Shown piece by piece: positions 18,698 to 27,488 of a stretch of 64,000 nucleotides of DNA. The stretch is from an uncultured Coriobacteriales bacterium (GTDB taxonomy: Bacteria > Actinomycetota > Coriobacteriia > Coriobacteriales > QAMH01). Position 1 is the first letter of the stretch, and the number at the start of each line of letters is the position of its first letter. Both the position numbers and the translations under genes were made by a program. The DNA lies in assembly GCA_934646835.1 (NCBI GenBank), contig CAKUES010000005.1:12860-76859 (forward strand), read 5' to 3'. A model generated the notes under the pieces. It made no database searches. It worked only from the letters and a program-made list of their open reading frames with translations, and was not told the origin of the DNA.

Positions 18698-19201
18698 ATG
18701 AAGAAGGTTCTCGTTATGGCTGCTGCTGCAGCACTGTGCGCTGGCATGCTCTCCGGTTGCGGTGCTTCCGGTGACAACAACAGCTCCAGCTCCAACGGTG
18801 GCTCCACCCCCGCAGCCGAGCAGACCAACGACGTCGCAATGGCATACAAGACCGTCGACGAGCTGAAGGCCGACCTCGGCAACGAGGATGTCGTCGTTGT
18901 CGACGTCCGCAAGGCAGACGACTTCGCCGCAGGCCACATCAAGGGCGCCGTCTCCGCTGACATGGACGCAGCCAAGGAAGGCGACGCAGCTGCAGGCGAG
19001 GCAGCCATGAAGGCAGCCCTCAAGGAGGCCACTGGCGACGAGAAGGGCGCTGGCAAGGAGCTCGTCTTGGTCTGCTACAGTGGCAAGTCCTACGCACAGG
19101 CTGGCACCAACGCCCTCAACGCCATCGGCGCTGACATGACCAAGGTCAAGACCCTCGAGGGCGGCATGCAGGCTTGGGGCTCCGACGACCTCGAGAAGTA
19201 A
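18698..19201 (+). CDS. Rhodanese-domain lipoprotein (predicted extracytoplasmic)
   Basis: MKKVLVMAAAAALCAGMLSGC is a signal peptide plus lipobox. The rhodanese active-site loop CYSGKS lies in VLVCYSGKSYAQAG. ATG at 18698 follows GAAAGGAA. Confidence 0.8.
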   Translation: MKKVLVMAAAAALCAGMLSGCGASGDNNSSSSNGGSTPAAEQTNDVAMAYKTVDELKADLGNEDVVVVDVRKADDFAAGHIKGAVSADMDAAKEGDAAAGEAAMKAALKEATGDEKGAGKELVLVCYSGKSYAQAGTNALNAIGADMTKVKTLEGGMQAWGSDDLEK

Positions 19202-19216
19202 TCGAGAGTATATTCG

Positions 19217-19972
19217 ATGACTAACCCCGAGAAGAAATCGGGCTGGGCAGGGCGCATCGCCGTAGTGGCATGCGCCCTTGCGCTGCTTGCGAGCTACTTC
19301 CTCGTCCCCGCCGTCCACGGCTGGGTTGACGAGGTCGTGAGGATGTTCGCCACAGGCGACTTCACCGTCGTTAAGGACTTCGTCGCCTCCTACGGCGTCT
19401 GGGCCGCGGCTGTCTCCTTCGCGCTCATGATCTTCCAAAGCGTCGCAGCCCCGCTGCCCGCCTTCCTCATCACCTTTGCCAACGCCAACCTCTTTGGCTG
19501 GTGGCAAGGCGCGTTGCTCTCCTGGACCAGCGCCATGGCCGGTGCAGCCGTCTGCTTCTGGATCGCGCGCCTGCTCGGTCGCGATGTTGTGGAAAAGCTC
19601 ATCACCAAAAGCGGCTTGGCAAGCGTGGAAGGCTACTTCGAGCGCCACGGCAACCTGACCATCCTCATCTGCCGCCTGCTGCCCTTTGTCTCCTTTGACT
19701 TCGTCAGCTATGCGGCAGGCCTCACCAGCATGTCCTTCGGCGGCTTCATGCTCGCAACGGGCATCGGCCAGCTGCCGGCGACCATCGTCTACTCCTACGT
19801 GGGCGGCATGCTCACCGGAGGCGCGAAGACCCTCGTGATGGCGCTGTTCATCCTGTTCGCCCTTGCAGGTGTCATCGTCTTGGCGCGCCAGCTCTGCACC
19901 GAGCGCGCCAAGAAGAAGCTCGCAGCACAAGAACAGCCCGCCAAGCTTAAGACCGACAACGCGGAGAGCTAG
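19217..19972 (+). CDS. TVP38/TMEM64 (DedA-superfamily, SNARE_assoc) membrane protein 1
   Basis: Multi-pass membrane protein with the motif RLLPFVSFDFVSYAAGLT, typical of TVP38 proteins. Starts 15 nt after the rhodanese gene. Confidence 0.8.
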   Translation: MTNPEKKSGWAGRIAVVACALALLASYFLVPAVHGWVDEVVRMFATGDFTVVKDFVASYGVWAAAVSFALMIFQSVAAPLPAFLITFANANLFGWWQGALLSWTSAMAGAAVCFWIARLLGRDVVEKLITKSGLASVEGYFERHGNLTILICRLLPFVSFDFVSYAAGLTSMSFGGFMLATGIGQLPATIVYSYVGGMLTGGAKTLVMALFILFALAGVIVLARQLCTERAKKKLAAQEQPAKLKTDNAES

Positions 19973-19978
19973 ACGCCG

Positions 19979-20692
19979 TTGACCAAGAACCCCAACAAGC
20001 AGCCCGGTTCCGCCGGCTTCAAGGCTATCGCGTTTTGCGCGGTAGTCTTGTTGCTGCTTGCCGTCAACGCGCTCCTCGGCCTGACAGATCGCCTCGATAC
20101 CTCGACGCTTGCCGCGCAGCTCAGCTCGCTGGTTGACGAGAACCTGGCACTGGCGCTTGCCGTCTACCTCGTCGCCGTGGTGATCGGCAGCACAGCACTC
20201 GCCTTACCCGGCGTACTCTTTGCCGTCGTCGCCGGCGCGTGCTTTGGCCCCGTGCTCGGCACCGCCGCCTGCGTTGTCGCCTCCTGCACCGGGGCAGTGG
20301 CGGCCTTTATCACCGGACGCTACTTCCTGCGCGACTGGGTCAAGCCGCGCGTTGAGCAAAACGCCTTGCTCGCCAAGTGGCTCTTTGGCAGCCAGGTCAA
20401 CGCAGTCACCTTGCTCGCCATCACAAGACTCGTCCCCATCTTCCCCTTCAACCTGCAAAACTTCGCCTATGGGATCACGGACATCAAGCTGAGCGTCTAC
20501 ACGATCTGCACGGCGGTCTTCATCGTCCCCGGCTGTGCCCTCTACGTCACCGCAACCGCCGGCATCGTCGACCCAACGCAGCGCATCACGTGCTTTGCCT
20601 GCGGCGCCGCATTGCTCGCCGTCACGCTTATGGCCAGCGCGTTTTTGCGCAAACGCTACCTTGGAAAGGAGGATGAACATGCTCTCTCTTAG
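19979..20692 (+). CDS. TVP38/TMEM64 (DedA-superfamily) membrane protein 2
   Basis: RLVPIFPFNLQNFAYGIT motif. TTG start 6 nt after the previous stop. Confidence 0.75.
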   Translation: MTKNPNKQPGSAGFKAIAFCAVVLLLLAVNALLGLTDRLDTSTLAAQLSSLVDENLALALAVYLVAVVIGSTALALPGVLFAVVAGACFGPVLGTAACVVASCTGAVAAFITGRYFLRDWVKPRVEQNALLAKWLFGSQVNAVTLLAITRLVPIFPFNLQNFAYGITDIKLSVYTICTAVFIVPGCALYVTATAGIVDPTQRITCFACGAALLAVTLMASAFLRKRYLGKEDEHALS

Positions 20693-21497
20693 CTCGCTCA
20701 GCGGATACCAGCAGCCACAGGAACACCGCCCCGGTCGCCTCTCCCTGCTTGGCATCGCCTTGGAAAAAGGACACTACCCCTTCAAGAACTACCGCCACGC
20801 AAAGGCGCAAAGCGTCCTTTTCCCAGGGTGCAACTTCCCTTCCCTCTACCCCAAGACTTGCGCCGCGCTCGTCGAGCTACTTGCCGAGCATAACGTCGGC
20901 GTTGCCTACGACTGCTGCGGCAAACCGCTGCGCATGATGCAGCGAGAGGATGACTTCCAGCGCATCTGCAAGCACATCGACGAGCGCCTTGCGCGCCTTG
21001 GCTGCACGGAGATCGTCTGCGTGTGTCCCAACTGCCTCTACGCCCTGCGCAGCAACGTCTCGCAAAGCGTCGTCAGCGTATACGCCAAGCTCAAGGAGCT
21101 GGGTATCGAACCTTGCGCTGACAGCACTGATGGCAGCGGCGATGCCGTCTACTTCCCGCCCTGCCCCGACAGGCGCGTGGGCGCCATCGCCCGCGACATC
21201 GAGGCTTTCCTGCCTGCAGGCACGCGCACGTTGCCCTGCGCCGGCCAGCTTGCCAGCTGTCGCAACGGGGACGAGTGCGGAGGTTGCAAGGCACTCCCCT
21301 GCTGCCGCCAAGACTGCAGCCATGTGCTGGACAGGAAGGACTCTATCCTCACCGCCTGCGCCTCCTGCAGCGGCTACCTCGCTGCAAAGGGCTACGACAA
21401 GGTCGACCTCGCGCTCACCCGCGCCCTCGGCATCGACGAGAAGCACGGCGAGTCCGGCATCCCCTTCATCAACCGCGCGAGAACGAAGCTCCTATGA
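20673..21497 (+). CDS. HdrB/GlcF-like cysteine-rich (CCG) domain protein
   Basis: FPGC...(27)...CCGKP...(35)...CPNC fits the CCG pattern CXnCCX35CXXC. A second degenerate copy follows (PPC...PCC...CASC). The start is ATG 20673 or 20679, directly after GGAAAGGAGG, and overlaps the TVP38-2 gene. Confidence 0.7.
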   Translation: MNMLSLSSLSGYQQPQEHRPGRLSLLGIALEKGHYPFKNYRHAKAQSVLFPGCNFPSLYPKTCAALVELLAEHNVGVAYDCCGKPLRMMQREDDFQRICKHIDERLARLGCTEIVCVCPNCLYALRSNVSQSVVSVYAKLKELGIEPCADSTDGSGDAVYFPPCPDRRVGAIARDIEAFLPAGTRTLPCAGQLASCRNGDECGGCKALPCCRQDCSHVLDRKDSILTACASCSGYLAAKGYDKVDLALTRALGIDEKHGESGIPFINRARTKLL

Positions 21498-22888
21498 GAC
21501 GCGCGGTAGTACTCTTCACCCGCGCACTGGCCAAAGACTGCGGCAAGTCGCGCATGGGGCACGCGCTCTCCTGCGAGCAGCGCGCTGCACTCCAGCACGC
21601 TTTCATCAGCGACCTCGCTGCAAGCATCATGAAAGCACAGTCTCAACGAGATGACATCACCATCATCCCCTGCAGTACCACCGAGGACATCCCCGCAGAA
21701 CTTGAGGCAGCCTTTGCCGGAAGCAACCACCGCTACTTGCAGCAGCGCGGGGACAGCTTTCGTGAGCGCATCGTCAACGTCTTCGCAGACGTGCTCGCAC
21801 AGGGCTTCGACTCCTGCGTGATGCTCGGCTCCGACTGCGTCGAGGCATCCGCACAAGATATCCTCGATGCCTTCGACATCCTCGAAGAGTGCCCGACGGT
21901 CTTTGGCCCTTCCGATGACGGCGGCTTCTACCTCGCAGGCCTGAGCGCTGCGCACCCAGAGCTTTTCGACATCGACGGCTACGGGACCTGCCTGGCGCTG
22001 CGCAACGTCGTGCAGCACGCAGGCGAGCTTGGGCTCGGCTGCGCTATGCTGCGCCCCTGCAGCGACATGGACACCCTCTTCGACCTGCAGCGCCTCTATG
22101 CGCGCGCCCAGCACGCAGGCGAGCATGGAGACGTCAGCACCCACATCCCCAGCGCTACTGTGGCGCTGCTGCGCGAGCTTGCCGAGCATGGCGCGCCCGT
22201 TGACGAGCATTCTATCTCCGTCATCGTCCCCCTCTACAACGAGGCCGATGTCGCGAACAAGCTTGCCAACCAGCTGCGCGAGCTCGCGCTCTTCGCAGAG
22301 ATCGTGCTCGTCGACGGCGGCAGCACCGATGGCACCGTCGAGTACTTCGAGCGCGAGTTCTGCATCGTGCGCTCGTCCAAGGGGCGCGGCCGCCAGCTCA
22401 ACGCCGGAGCCGCCGCCGCACACGGCGAGGTTCTCTTCTTCCTGCACGCAGACAGCGAGCTGCCGGAATACCCCCTCGAGCAGATTCGCGAGGTGCTCGC
22501 CAAATACCGTGCCGGTTGCTTTGGGATCCGATTCCCCCGCTCCACTATCGCCATGCGCTGCTGCCAGGCGCTGTCGAACTTCCGCGCGAGCCGGCGCAAG
22601 ATCATGTTCGGCGACCAGGGCATCTTCATCGAACGCGCACTGTTCGAGGAGCTGGGCGGATTTCGCGAGATTGCCCTCATGGAGGACTACCAGCTCTCGC
22701 TCGACTTGCAGCAACGGCGCATCCCCTTCGGCATGTGCCGCGAGCGCATCCTCACCTCCGACAGGCGCTACCGAGGCGACATCATCCGCCAGCTCGTCGT
22801 CATGAGGAAGATGGCCGTGCTGCGCAAGCGCTACCGAGGCAGCGAGGACCCCGAACAACTCGCCCGCGACTACCGCGACATCCGATAA
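21494..22888 (+). CDS. Fused DUF2064 (TIGR04282-like) / family-2 glycosyltransferase (TIGR04283-like) protein
   Basis: N-terminal half: VVLFTRALAKDCGKSRM...SCVMLGSDC...FGPSDDGGFYLAGL (DUF2064/CofC-like). C-terminal half: ISVIVPLYNE...VLVDGGSTDGT...GRGRQLNAGA...FLHADS...FGDQGIF...LMEDYQLS (GT2). The ATGA overlap with the upstream stop suggests translational coupling. Confidence 0.8.
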   Translation: MRRAVVLFTRALAKDCGKSRMGHALSCEQRAALQHAFISDLAASIMKAQSQRDDITIIPCSTTEDIPAELEAAFAGSNHRYLQQRGDSFRERIVNVFADVLAQGFDSCVMLGSDCVEASAQDILDAFDILEECPTVFGPSDDGGFYLAGLSAAHPELFDIDGYGTCLALRNVVQHAGELGLGCAMLRPCSDMDTLFDLQRLYARAQHAGEHGDVSTHIPSATVALLRELAEHGAPVDEHSISVIVPLYNEADVANKLANQLRELALFAEIVLVDGGSTDGTVEYFEREFCIVRSSKGRGRQLNAGAAAAHGEVLFFLHADSELPEYPLEQIREVLAKYRAGCFGIRFPRSTIAMRCCQALSNFRASRRKIMFGDQGIFIERALFEELGGFREIALMEDYQLSLDLQQRRIPFGMCRERILTSDRRYRGDIIRQLVVMRKMAVLRKRYRGSEDPEQLARDYRDIR

Positions 22889-22920
22889 GGGGACGGTTTG
22901 CCCTCGTCAGGATCGTCCCA

Positions 22921-22955
22921 TTGTCCCATTGTGGACCAGGTCCACAATGGGACAA
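22921..22955. terminator. Perfect 17-bp-arm palindrome after the transferase gene
   Basis: TTGTCCCATTGTGGACC-A-GGTCCACAATGGGACAA. No U-tract. Confidence 0.5.
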
Positions 22956-22959
22956 CCCA

Positions 22960-22986
22960 CGTAGGGGAGGGACCCTGTCCCTTCCC
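22960..22986 (+). repeat. REP-like hairpin, class A (CGTA head on the plus strand)
   Basis: CGTAGGGGAGGGACCCTGTCCCTTCCC. Confidence 0.8.
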
Positions 22987-23050
22987 ATAGGCCTCTCATC
23001 AATCAGCGCCTCCCTGGCACCGAATCGCCACCCATCCCCACCACATGAAA

Positions 23051-23094
23051 AGAGGGGGCTGACCCTAGACAGGTCAGCCCCCTCTTTGTCGTTT
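23051..23094. terminator. Bidirectional intrinsic terminator
   Basis: AAAAGAGGGGGCTGACC-CTAGACA-GGTCAGCCCCCTCTTTGTCGTTT, with an A-tract on one side and a T-tract on the other. Sits between convergent genes. Confidence 0.8.
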
Positions 23095-23108
23095 ATGTCA
23101 GCTCGCGC

Positions 23109-25034
23109 TTAAGCCTGGGTTTCCTCGCCCTGAGCGGCTTCGCCCTCAGCAGACGCGCCTGCCTCGGCGGAGGCGTCGGCACCAGACTGCTGGGAAGTCG
23201 TGGAAGCGAACTCACCCTTGGAGTTCGCGATGGCCGTGACTTCGCGAACCGTGCCATTCTCGTTGTAGCGGAGCTTGATCTTGTCGCCTGCCTCGATGAA
23301 GGGCAGGTTCTCGCTCACGGTGATAGCTGCGACGTAGATGCTCTTGTCGCCCTTGAGCTTGAAGTAGTAGTAGCTGTTGCCGTCCTTGACAACGCTCTCG
23401 AGCGCCTCGATGATGCCGGAGGTCTCAGCTGCGGACGCGTTCGCAATCTCGTTAGGATCGACGTCGATGTCCTTGTCGCTGCCCAAGGCGGTCACGTAAT
23501 TGGCCTGAGCCTGCTCGACGGTAGTGCCGGTACCGACGATCTGGTACTGCTGGACGTCGATGAAGGCGTACATCTTGACCAGGCCCGCGCTGTCCTTGAG
23601 GGACAGGAAGTAAGTCGGGCGGTTGGCGATATTGAGCAGCAGCGGGCTTGTCGCCTCGTACTTCATCTGCTGGACCTGGCCCTCTGCAGAGCGCATCGCG
23701 GAGGTCTCCGTCGCACCCGCGCAGGTGTAATAGCGCGTGTCCTTGGTGCGTAGGTTGGTGAGCACGAAGCCAACCAGGGACTCGTCGGTGTTGGCAGACG
23801 TCATGCCGGTGTACATGTAGACGTCGTCGTCGATGGCGAGGTAGTTGTAGCCGCTCGTGGAGCTAGTGGAGTCACCAACGGTGGAGCCGTCACCGCTGTT
23901 GGCGAAGAGGCTCGGTGCAGCAGAGCCGGTGGGGACGAGCACGCCAGACTGGCCAATCAGGCTGTTCCAGAAGCCGCTGCGGTACTTGCCGTAGGAGCCG
24001 AGCTGCTCGTAGACGAGATCGGCGGAGAAGACCTTGTCGCACCACTGCGGGATGCTGTCGAGGTCGTAGAACTGAGACTCGCCAGTCACGGCGTTGACAA
24101 GGACGGCGCCGTCATAGTCCTTACCGCCAAAGAGCATGATGCGGTACTTGACCGTGGGGACGATCCAGTAGGGGTTGCCGTCGTCGTCGATCTCGAAGGC
24201 GGCGTCGCCGAGGATCTTGGTCGGGAACTGGAAGCGCACATGGCGGTACAGGTAGTTGTTGAAGTGCTCGGCCGTGGAGTAGTGCATGTACTGGCCCTCG
24301 GGCAGGCGGACGAGCTTGGTCTCCTGGGTGGCCATGTTGACGGAGACATAGCCGGGCAGACCGTTGCGGGTGTTGGTGATCCACTTGATGATGTCAGCGT
24401 AGACCAGAGAGCTCACGCGGTAGGGAGCCTCCTTGTAGCTGATCTGGGTGTAGGCGTTGTAGGACTCGTCGACAGCGTACTGGGAGACGAGGTCGCTCAT
24501 CTCGCCGATGGTGCGGCTGCCCAGGCGCACTGCCGTGGAGCGGTCGACGACGGGAACGCTGTCCATGGAGATCTCTGCGATGTCCTTGGAGAACTCACCG
24601 TCCTCGACGTCGAGCAGAGCAGAATAGCTCTTCGCGTTGAAGAACGGGCAGGAGATGACGTTGCCGACGACGAGCACGACAGCACACACGACGACGATGC
24701 CGCCGGCCACGAAGGCAGAACGGGCGCCGTGGCCCTTCTTCTTGCCGGCCTTCTTCTCTGCCTTGGCTGCGGCGCGCTCCTCCTTGGACTTGAAGAGCTT
24801 GCCGGACTTGAGGCGCTCGCCAAAGCTGTCGATGTGGTCCTGCAGGTCCATGAGCAGGGAGGTCACGCCGTCGCTTGCGCGCGGAATGGCAAAGAGCACC
24901 GTCACGATGATCGTGCAGTAGATTACGAACCACCAAAACGCCGTGCTCTGGACGTTGATGGCAGGGATCATCACGTAATAGAGAATCGCGATGATCACAA
25001 TGGAGAGAATTGCGGGTATACCGAACTTCTTCAT
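23109..25034 (-). CDS. Membrane-anchored protein of unknown function (three N-terminal TM segments, Lys-rich linker, large extracytoplasmic domain)
   Basis: Long ORF with coherent composition, three hydrophobic helices and a Ser/Ala/Glu-rich tail. No family recognised by eye. Confidence 0.7.
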   Translation of the reverse strand: MKKFGIPAILSIVIIAILYYVMIPAINVQSTAFWWFVIYCTIIVTVLFAIPRASDGVTSLLMDLQDHIDSFGERLKSGKLFKSKEERAAAKAEKKAGKKKGHGARSAFVAGGIVVVCAVVLVVGNVISCPFFNAKSYSALLDVEDGEFSKDIAEISMDSVPVVDRSTAVRLGSRTIGEMSDLVSQYAVDESYNAYTQISYKEAPYRVSSLVYADIIKWITNTRNGLPGYVSVNMATQETKLVRLPEGQYMHYSTAEHFNNYLYRHVRFQFPTKILGDAAFEIDDDGNPYWIVPTVKYRIMLFGGKDYDGAVLVNAVTGESQFYDLDSIPQWCDKVFSADLVYEQLGSYGKYRSGFWNSLIGQSGVLVPTGSAAPSLFANSGDGSTVGDSTSSTSGYNYLAIDDDVYMYTGMTSANTDESLVGFVLTNLRTKDTRYYTCAGATETSAMRSAEGQVQQMKYEATSPLLLNIANRPTYFLSLKDSAGLVKMYAFIDVQQYQIVGTGTTVEQAQANYVTALGSDKDIDVDPNEIANASAAETSGIIEALESVVKDGNSYYYFKLKGDKSIYVAAITVSENLPFIEAGDKIKLRYNENGTVREVTAIANSKGEFASTTSQQSGADASAEAGASAEGEAAQGEETQA

Positions 25035-25069
25035 GTGATTCTTTCCTTGCTGTTAGTAGGACAAAAAAA

Positions 25070-25642
25070 CTATACGAACATATCGACGTAGTGCGCGATG
25101 ATCGCGGCGGAAGTGGGAGTGCAGAGCTCTCCGTCGAGCTTGTCCTCCACAACCGGGATCTGGTACTCGTCGAGAATCGCCTTAGTGGCGGGAGCGGGAA
25201 TGTCGAGGGTGCCGTGAGAGCACTCGACGGTGCCGCTACCCGTCTGGACAGCCGTTGCGGTGATCTTGTCCGGCGACAAGAACTCGATGGCCGTGCAGAT
25301 ACCCAAGATCTCGCGGACCGTGAGGCCCTTGCCGACCTCGTGGAAGTGAGTCTCCTCCACCGGGCAGCCGTGAACCTGGGCCTCGGCCTTTGCGAGAATG
25401 TTGTAGATGGCCTTGGCATGGGCCTTGGCGTAGTCGCCTGCAACGGTGATGTCGATGGCGCGCTCGACATCTGCGAGGTCATGCAGGTGCTGCTCTGCGC
25501 GGATAGAGTTGTCCCCTACCACGACGCCGACCTTGGCACGGGTGACATCGTCTGCCAGCAGGGGGATCAAAGTGCCAAAGATCGCCTTGCGCGTGGCAGC
25601 CTGGGTGAAATCAAAGTGGACGTCAGCCACAGCTTGCTCCAA
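25070..25642 (-). CDS. LarC/DUF111-like domain fragment (possible gene remnant)
   Basis: AKAEAQVHGCPVEETHFHEVG...LDIPAPATKAIL...GELCTPTSAAII aligns by eye with the central part of the LarC N-terminal domain. The N-terminal SGISGDM-type motif and the whole C-terminal domain are absent. The TTG start lacks an RBS, and a TGA lies immediately upstream. Confidence 0.5.
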   Translation of the reverse strand: MEQAVADVHFDFTQAATRKAIFGTLIPLLADDVTRAKVGVVVGDNSIRAEQHLHDLADVERAIDITVAGDYAKAHAKAIYNILAKAEAQVHGCPVEETHFHEVGKGLTVREILGICTAIEFLSPDKITATAVQTGSGTVECSHGTLDIPAPATKAILDEYQIPVVEDKLDGELCTPTSAAIIAHYVDMFV

Positions 25643-25778
25643 TCAGTGCTGAAGATACATACCCCTCCAGTGTAACCGATGGAAAAGACGCAAAAGACAC
25701 CGTCACCCTGTTGTGCGCAAGCCGTAAGAAGACGACGGGGTGTCATTCGGGCCTACATTCAACATGGCGGACCTGCAC

Positions 25779-25889
25779 CAGCGTGACACACTTTGTGCCA
25801 GTGACATTGTGTGTCATGCCATAGAATCGCAGGATTCCCGAGTCTTCTGCATGAAACACAATGTCACTGGCACAAAGTGTGTCACGCTG
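25779..25889. repeat. Foldback element family D: 41-bp inverted repeats with a 29-bp spacer
   Basis: CAGCGTGACACACTTTGTGCCAGTGACATTGTGTGTCATGC (25779-25819) against 25849-25889, one mismatch. Confidence 0.9.
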
Positions 25890-25906
25890 CCCTAATCCAA
25901 TGCCGC

Positions 25907-27265
25907 CTAGTGGATGAAGATGGGGATACCCACCTCGACGAGGTCGTAGAGCTCGACAACGTTCTCGTTGGCGAGGCGGATACAACCGTGGCTGGCTGCA
26001 GTGCCAAGCTGGCCGTAGTTGGTCGTGCCGTGGATGTAGATGCCTCCACCGCAGGAGACCGCGAGCGCGCGCAGGCCCAGGGGGTTGGTCGCGCCCGGAC
26101 CGATGGTCTCGGGCATGTTCTTGGACCAGTCGCTGTGCGGGTTATACCAAGTAGGAGACGGGTCCTTCTGAGACAGGGTCCAATCCCCGCTCGGGGTGTT
26201 GTAGCCGCTCATGCCCGGCGTGCAGGGGTAGTCCTTCTTCAGCTTGCCGTTGTCGTAGAAGTACAGATGGCAGGCGGAGAGGTTCACGAAGATGGCCTGA
26301 CCGGGCTTGGTCTTCTTGGGCTCGGTAACCGTATCGATGGCGTTGACCTCGGCCGCACCACTCTTGCTCGCAGAGAGGATGGCCTCCACAGTCGCCTGCT
26401 GATCGAGCTGGTAGCCGGTCTTCGCCTTGGTCGTCTTGACCTTGAACTTCGCCATGTCGAACTCGTAGCCGGCATCCTTCACCTCGACGTCGGCATCCTT
26501 GGCGATGTCGGCAACCTTGGCGGTAACCTTGTCCTCAAGCAGCTTGCCGGCAGTCACCAACTCGACAGGCTGCGCCGGCTCGGCCAAACCAAAGAGATCC
26601 ATAGCGCGAGAGAGGCAGCGTTTAGGCATGCTCGGCTCGATCATGGCCATGGCAGCATCAACTGTCGTCTGGACGTCGACGTTGCCAAGGCGCGCATAGT
26701 CGAGCCAATAGCTGTTGCCATTGGACAGCTTGAGCGTGATACCGCCGACCTTGCCGGAGAGCAAGTGCCTGTTGACCTCGGACTTCACCTCGTTGGCCGT
26801 GAATCCGCCGATATTGGCGCCGTCGAGCGTCACGCCCGCAGGGACATGACACGATGCGTTCTTGGAATCGTCGTAGACCAGCCAGCCGACAAAGCAGCCG
26901 ATTACAAGCACCAAGATGGCGAGCAAGGCGATGACGGCGTTGCGGACGGTGTGGGACTTCTCCCCGCCGTCGTCTTCGGCTGCGGCATCGGCAGCTGCAC
27001 CCGTATCCCCGCTTGTCTGCGGTGCAGCCGTCGCACGATCCTGCTGCAAAGCGGCAGCCTCGCCAGCAGGCGGCGCCTCGGCAGCGTCCGCCTCAACTGC
27101 AGCGTCCTCGGCTGCGGCGCCGATGACCGGTACGCTCACGATATCGAGACCAGAGTAGTCGTTGTCTGCACCGATCGCATCGACGATCGGCTCCTCGTCA
27201 GGCTGCCCTGCTGCAAGCTCGTCCTTGTCCTCAGCTGCCACGTTCCATCCCTTCAAAGGGCGCAA
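25907..27265 (-). CDS. L,D-transpeptidase (YkuD domain) with N-terminal membrane anchor
   Basis: C-terminal IYIHGTTNYGQLGTAASHGCIRL catalytic motif and a TM segment VIALLAILVLVIGCFVGWLV. The start is uncertain (TTG 27265 or GTG 27241). Confidence 0.88.
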   Translation of the reverse strand: MRPLKGWNVAAEDKDELAAGQPDEEPIVDAIGADNDYSGLDIVSVPVIGAAAEDAAVEADAAEAPPAGEAAALQQDRATAAPQTSGDTGAAADAAAEDDGGEKSHTVRNAVIALLAILVLVIGCFVGWLVYDDSKNASCHVPAGVTLDGANIGGFTANEVKSEVNRHLLSGKVGGITLKLSNGNSYWLDYARLGNVDVQTTVDAAMAMIEPSMPKRCLSRAMDLFGLAEPAQPVELVTAGKLLEDKVTAKVADIAKDADVEVKDAGYEFDMAKFKVKTTKAKTGYQLDQQATVEAILSASKSGAAEVNAIDTVTEPKKTKPGQAIFVNLSACHLYFYDNGKLKKDYPCTPGMSGYNTPSGDWTLSQKDPSPTWYNPHSDWSKNMPETIGPGATNPLGLRALAVSCGGGIYIHGTTNYGQLGTAASHGCIRLANENVVELYDLVEVGIPIFIH

Positions 27266-27488
27266 AGCCCGTAAACAATCCCATTCCCCCGAACTCTAAC
27301 AGAGCAAGGGGCGGGCATGCCGTCAATTCTCTTAATGATTGGTTAAGCGCAAGCAAATCTGCGCCGCTCAGCAATTGGTCTGCCGATTATCAGCTCTTCC
27401 GATTAAGCGGAGATTGAGTCCCCACAGACGAAACCTCACCTGCCACCTGCGATTAACCCGCTTGAAACACAGGGCGCACCGTGGCAAC

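Noticed and set aside
25643-25660. The TGA directly upstream of the LarC-like ORF as a possible selenocysteine codon joining MYLQH to the ORF.
   Set aside because: No SECIS-like hairpin follows the TGA. The joined N-terminus would still not resemble the LarC metal-binding motif. A remnant or a leader peptide is more likely.
27300-27488. Repeated CGATTA(A/T) motifs and AAGCGG/CCGCTT pairing upstream of azlC as a leader or riboswitch.
   Set aside because: The motifs are short and AT-biased, and I could not assemble a consistent structure or a known motif. The region is left unannotated.
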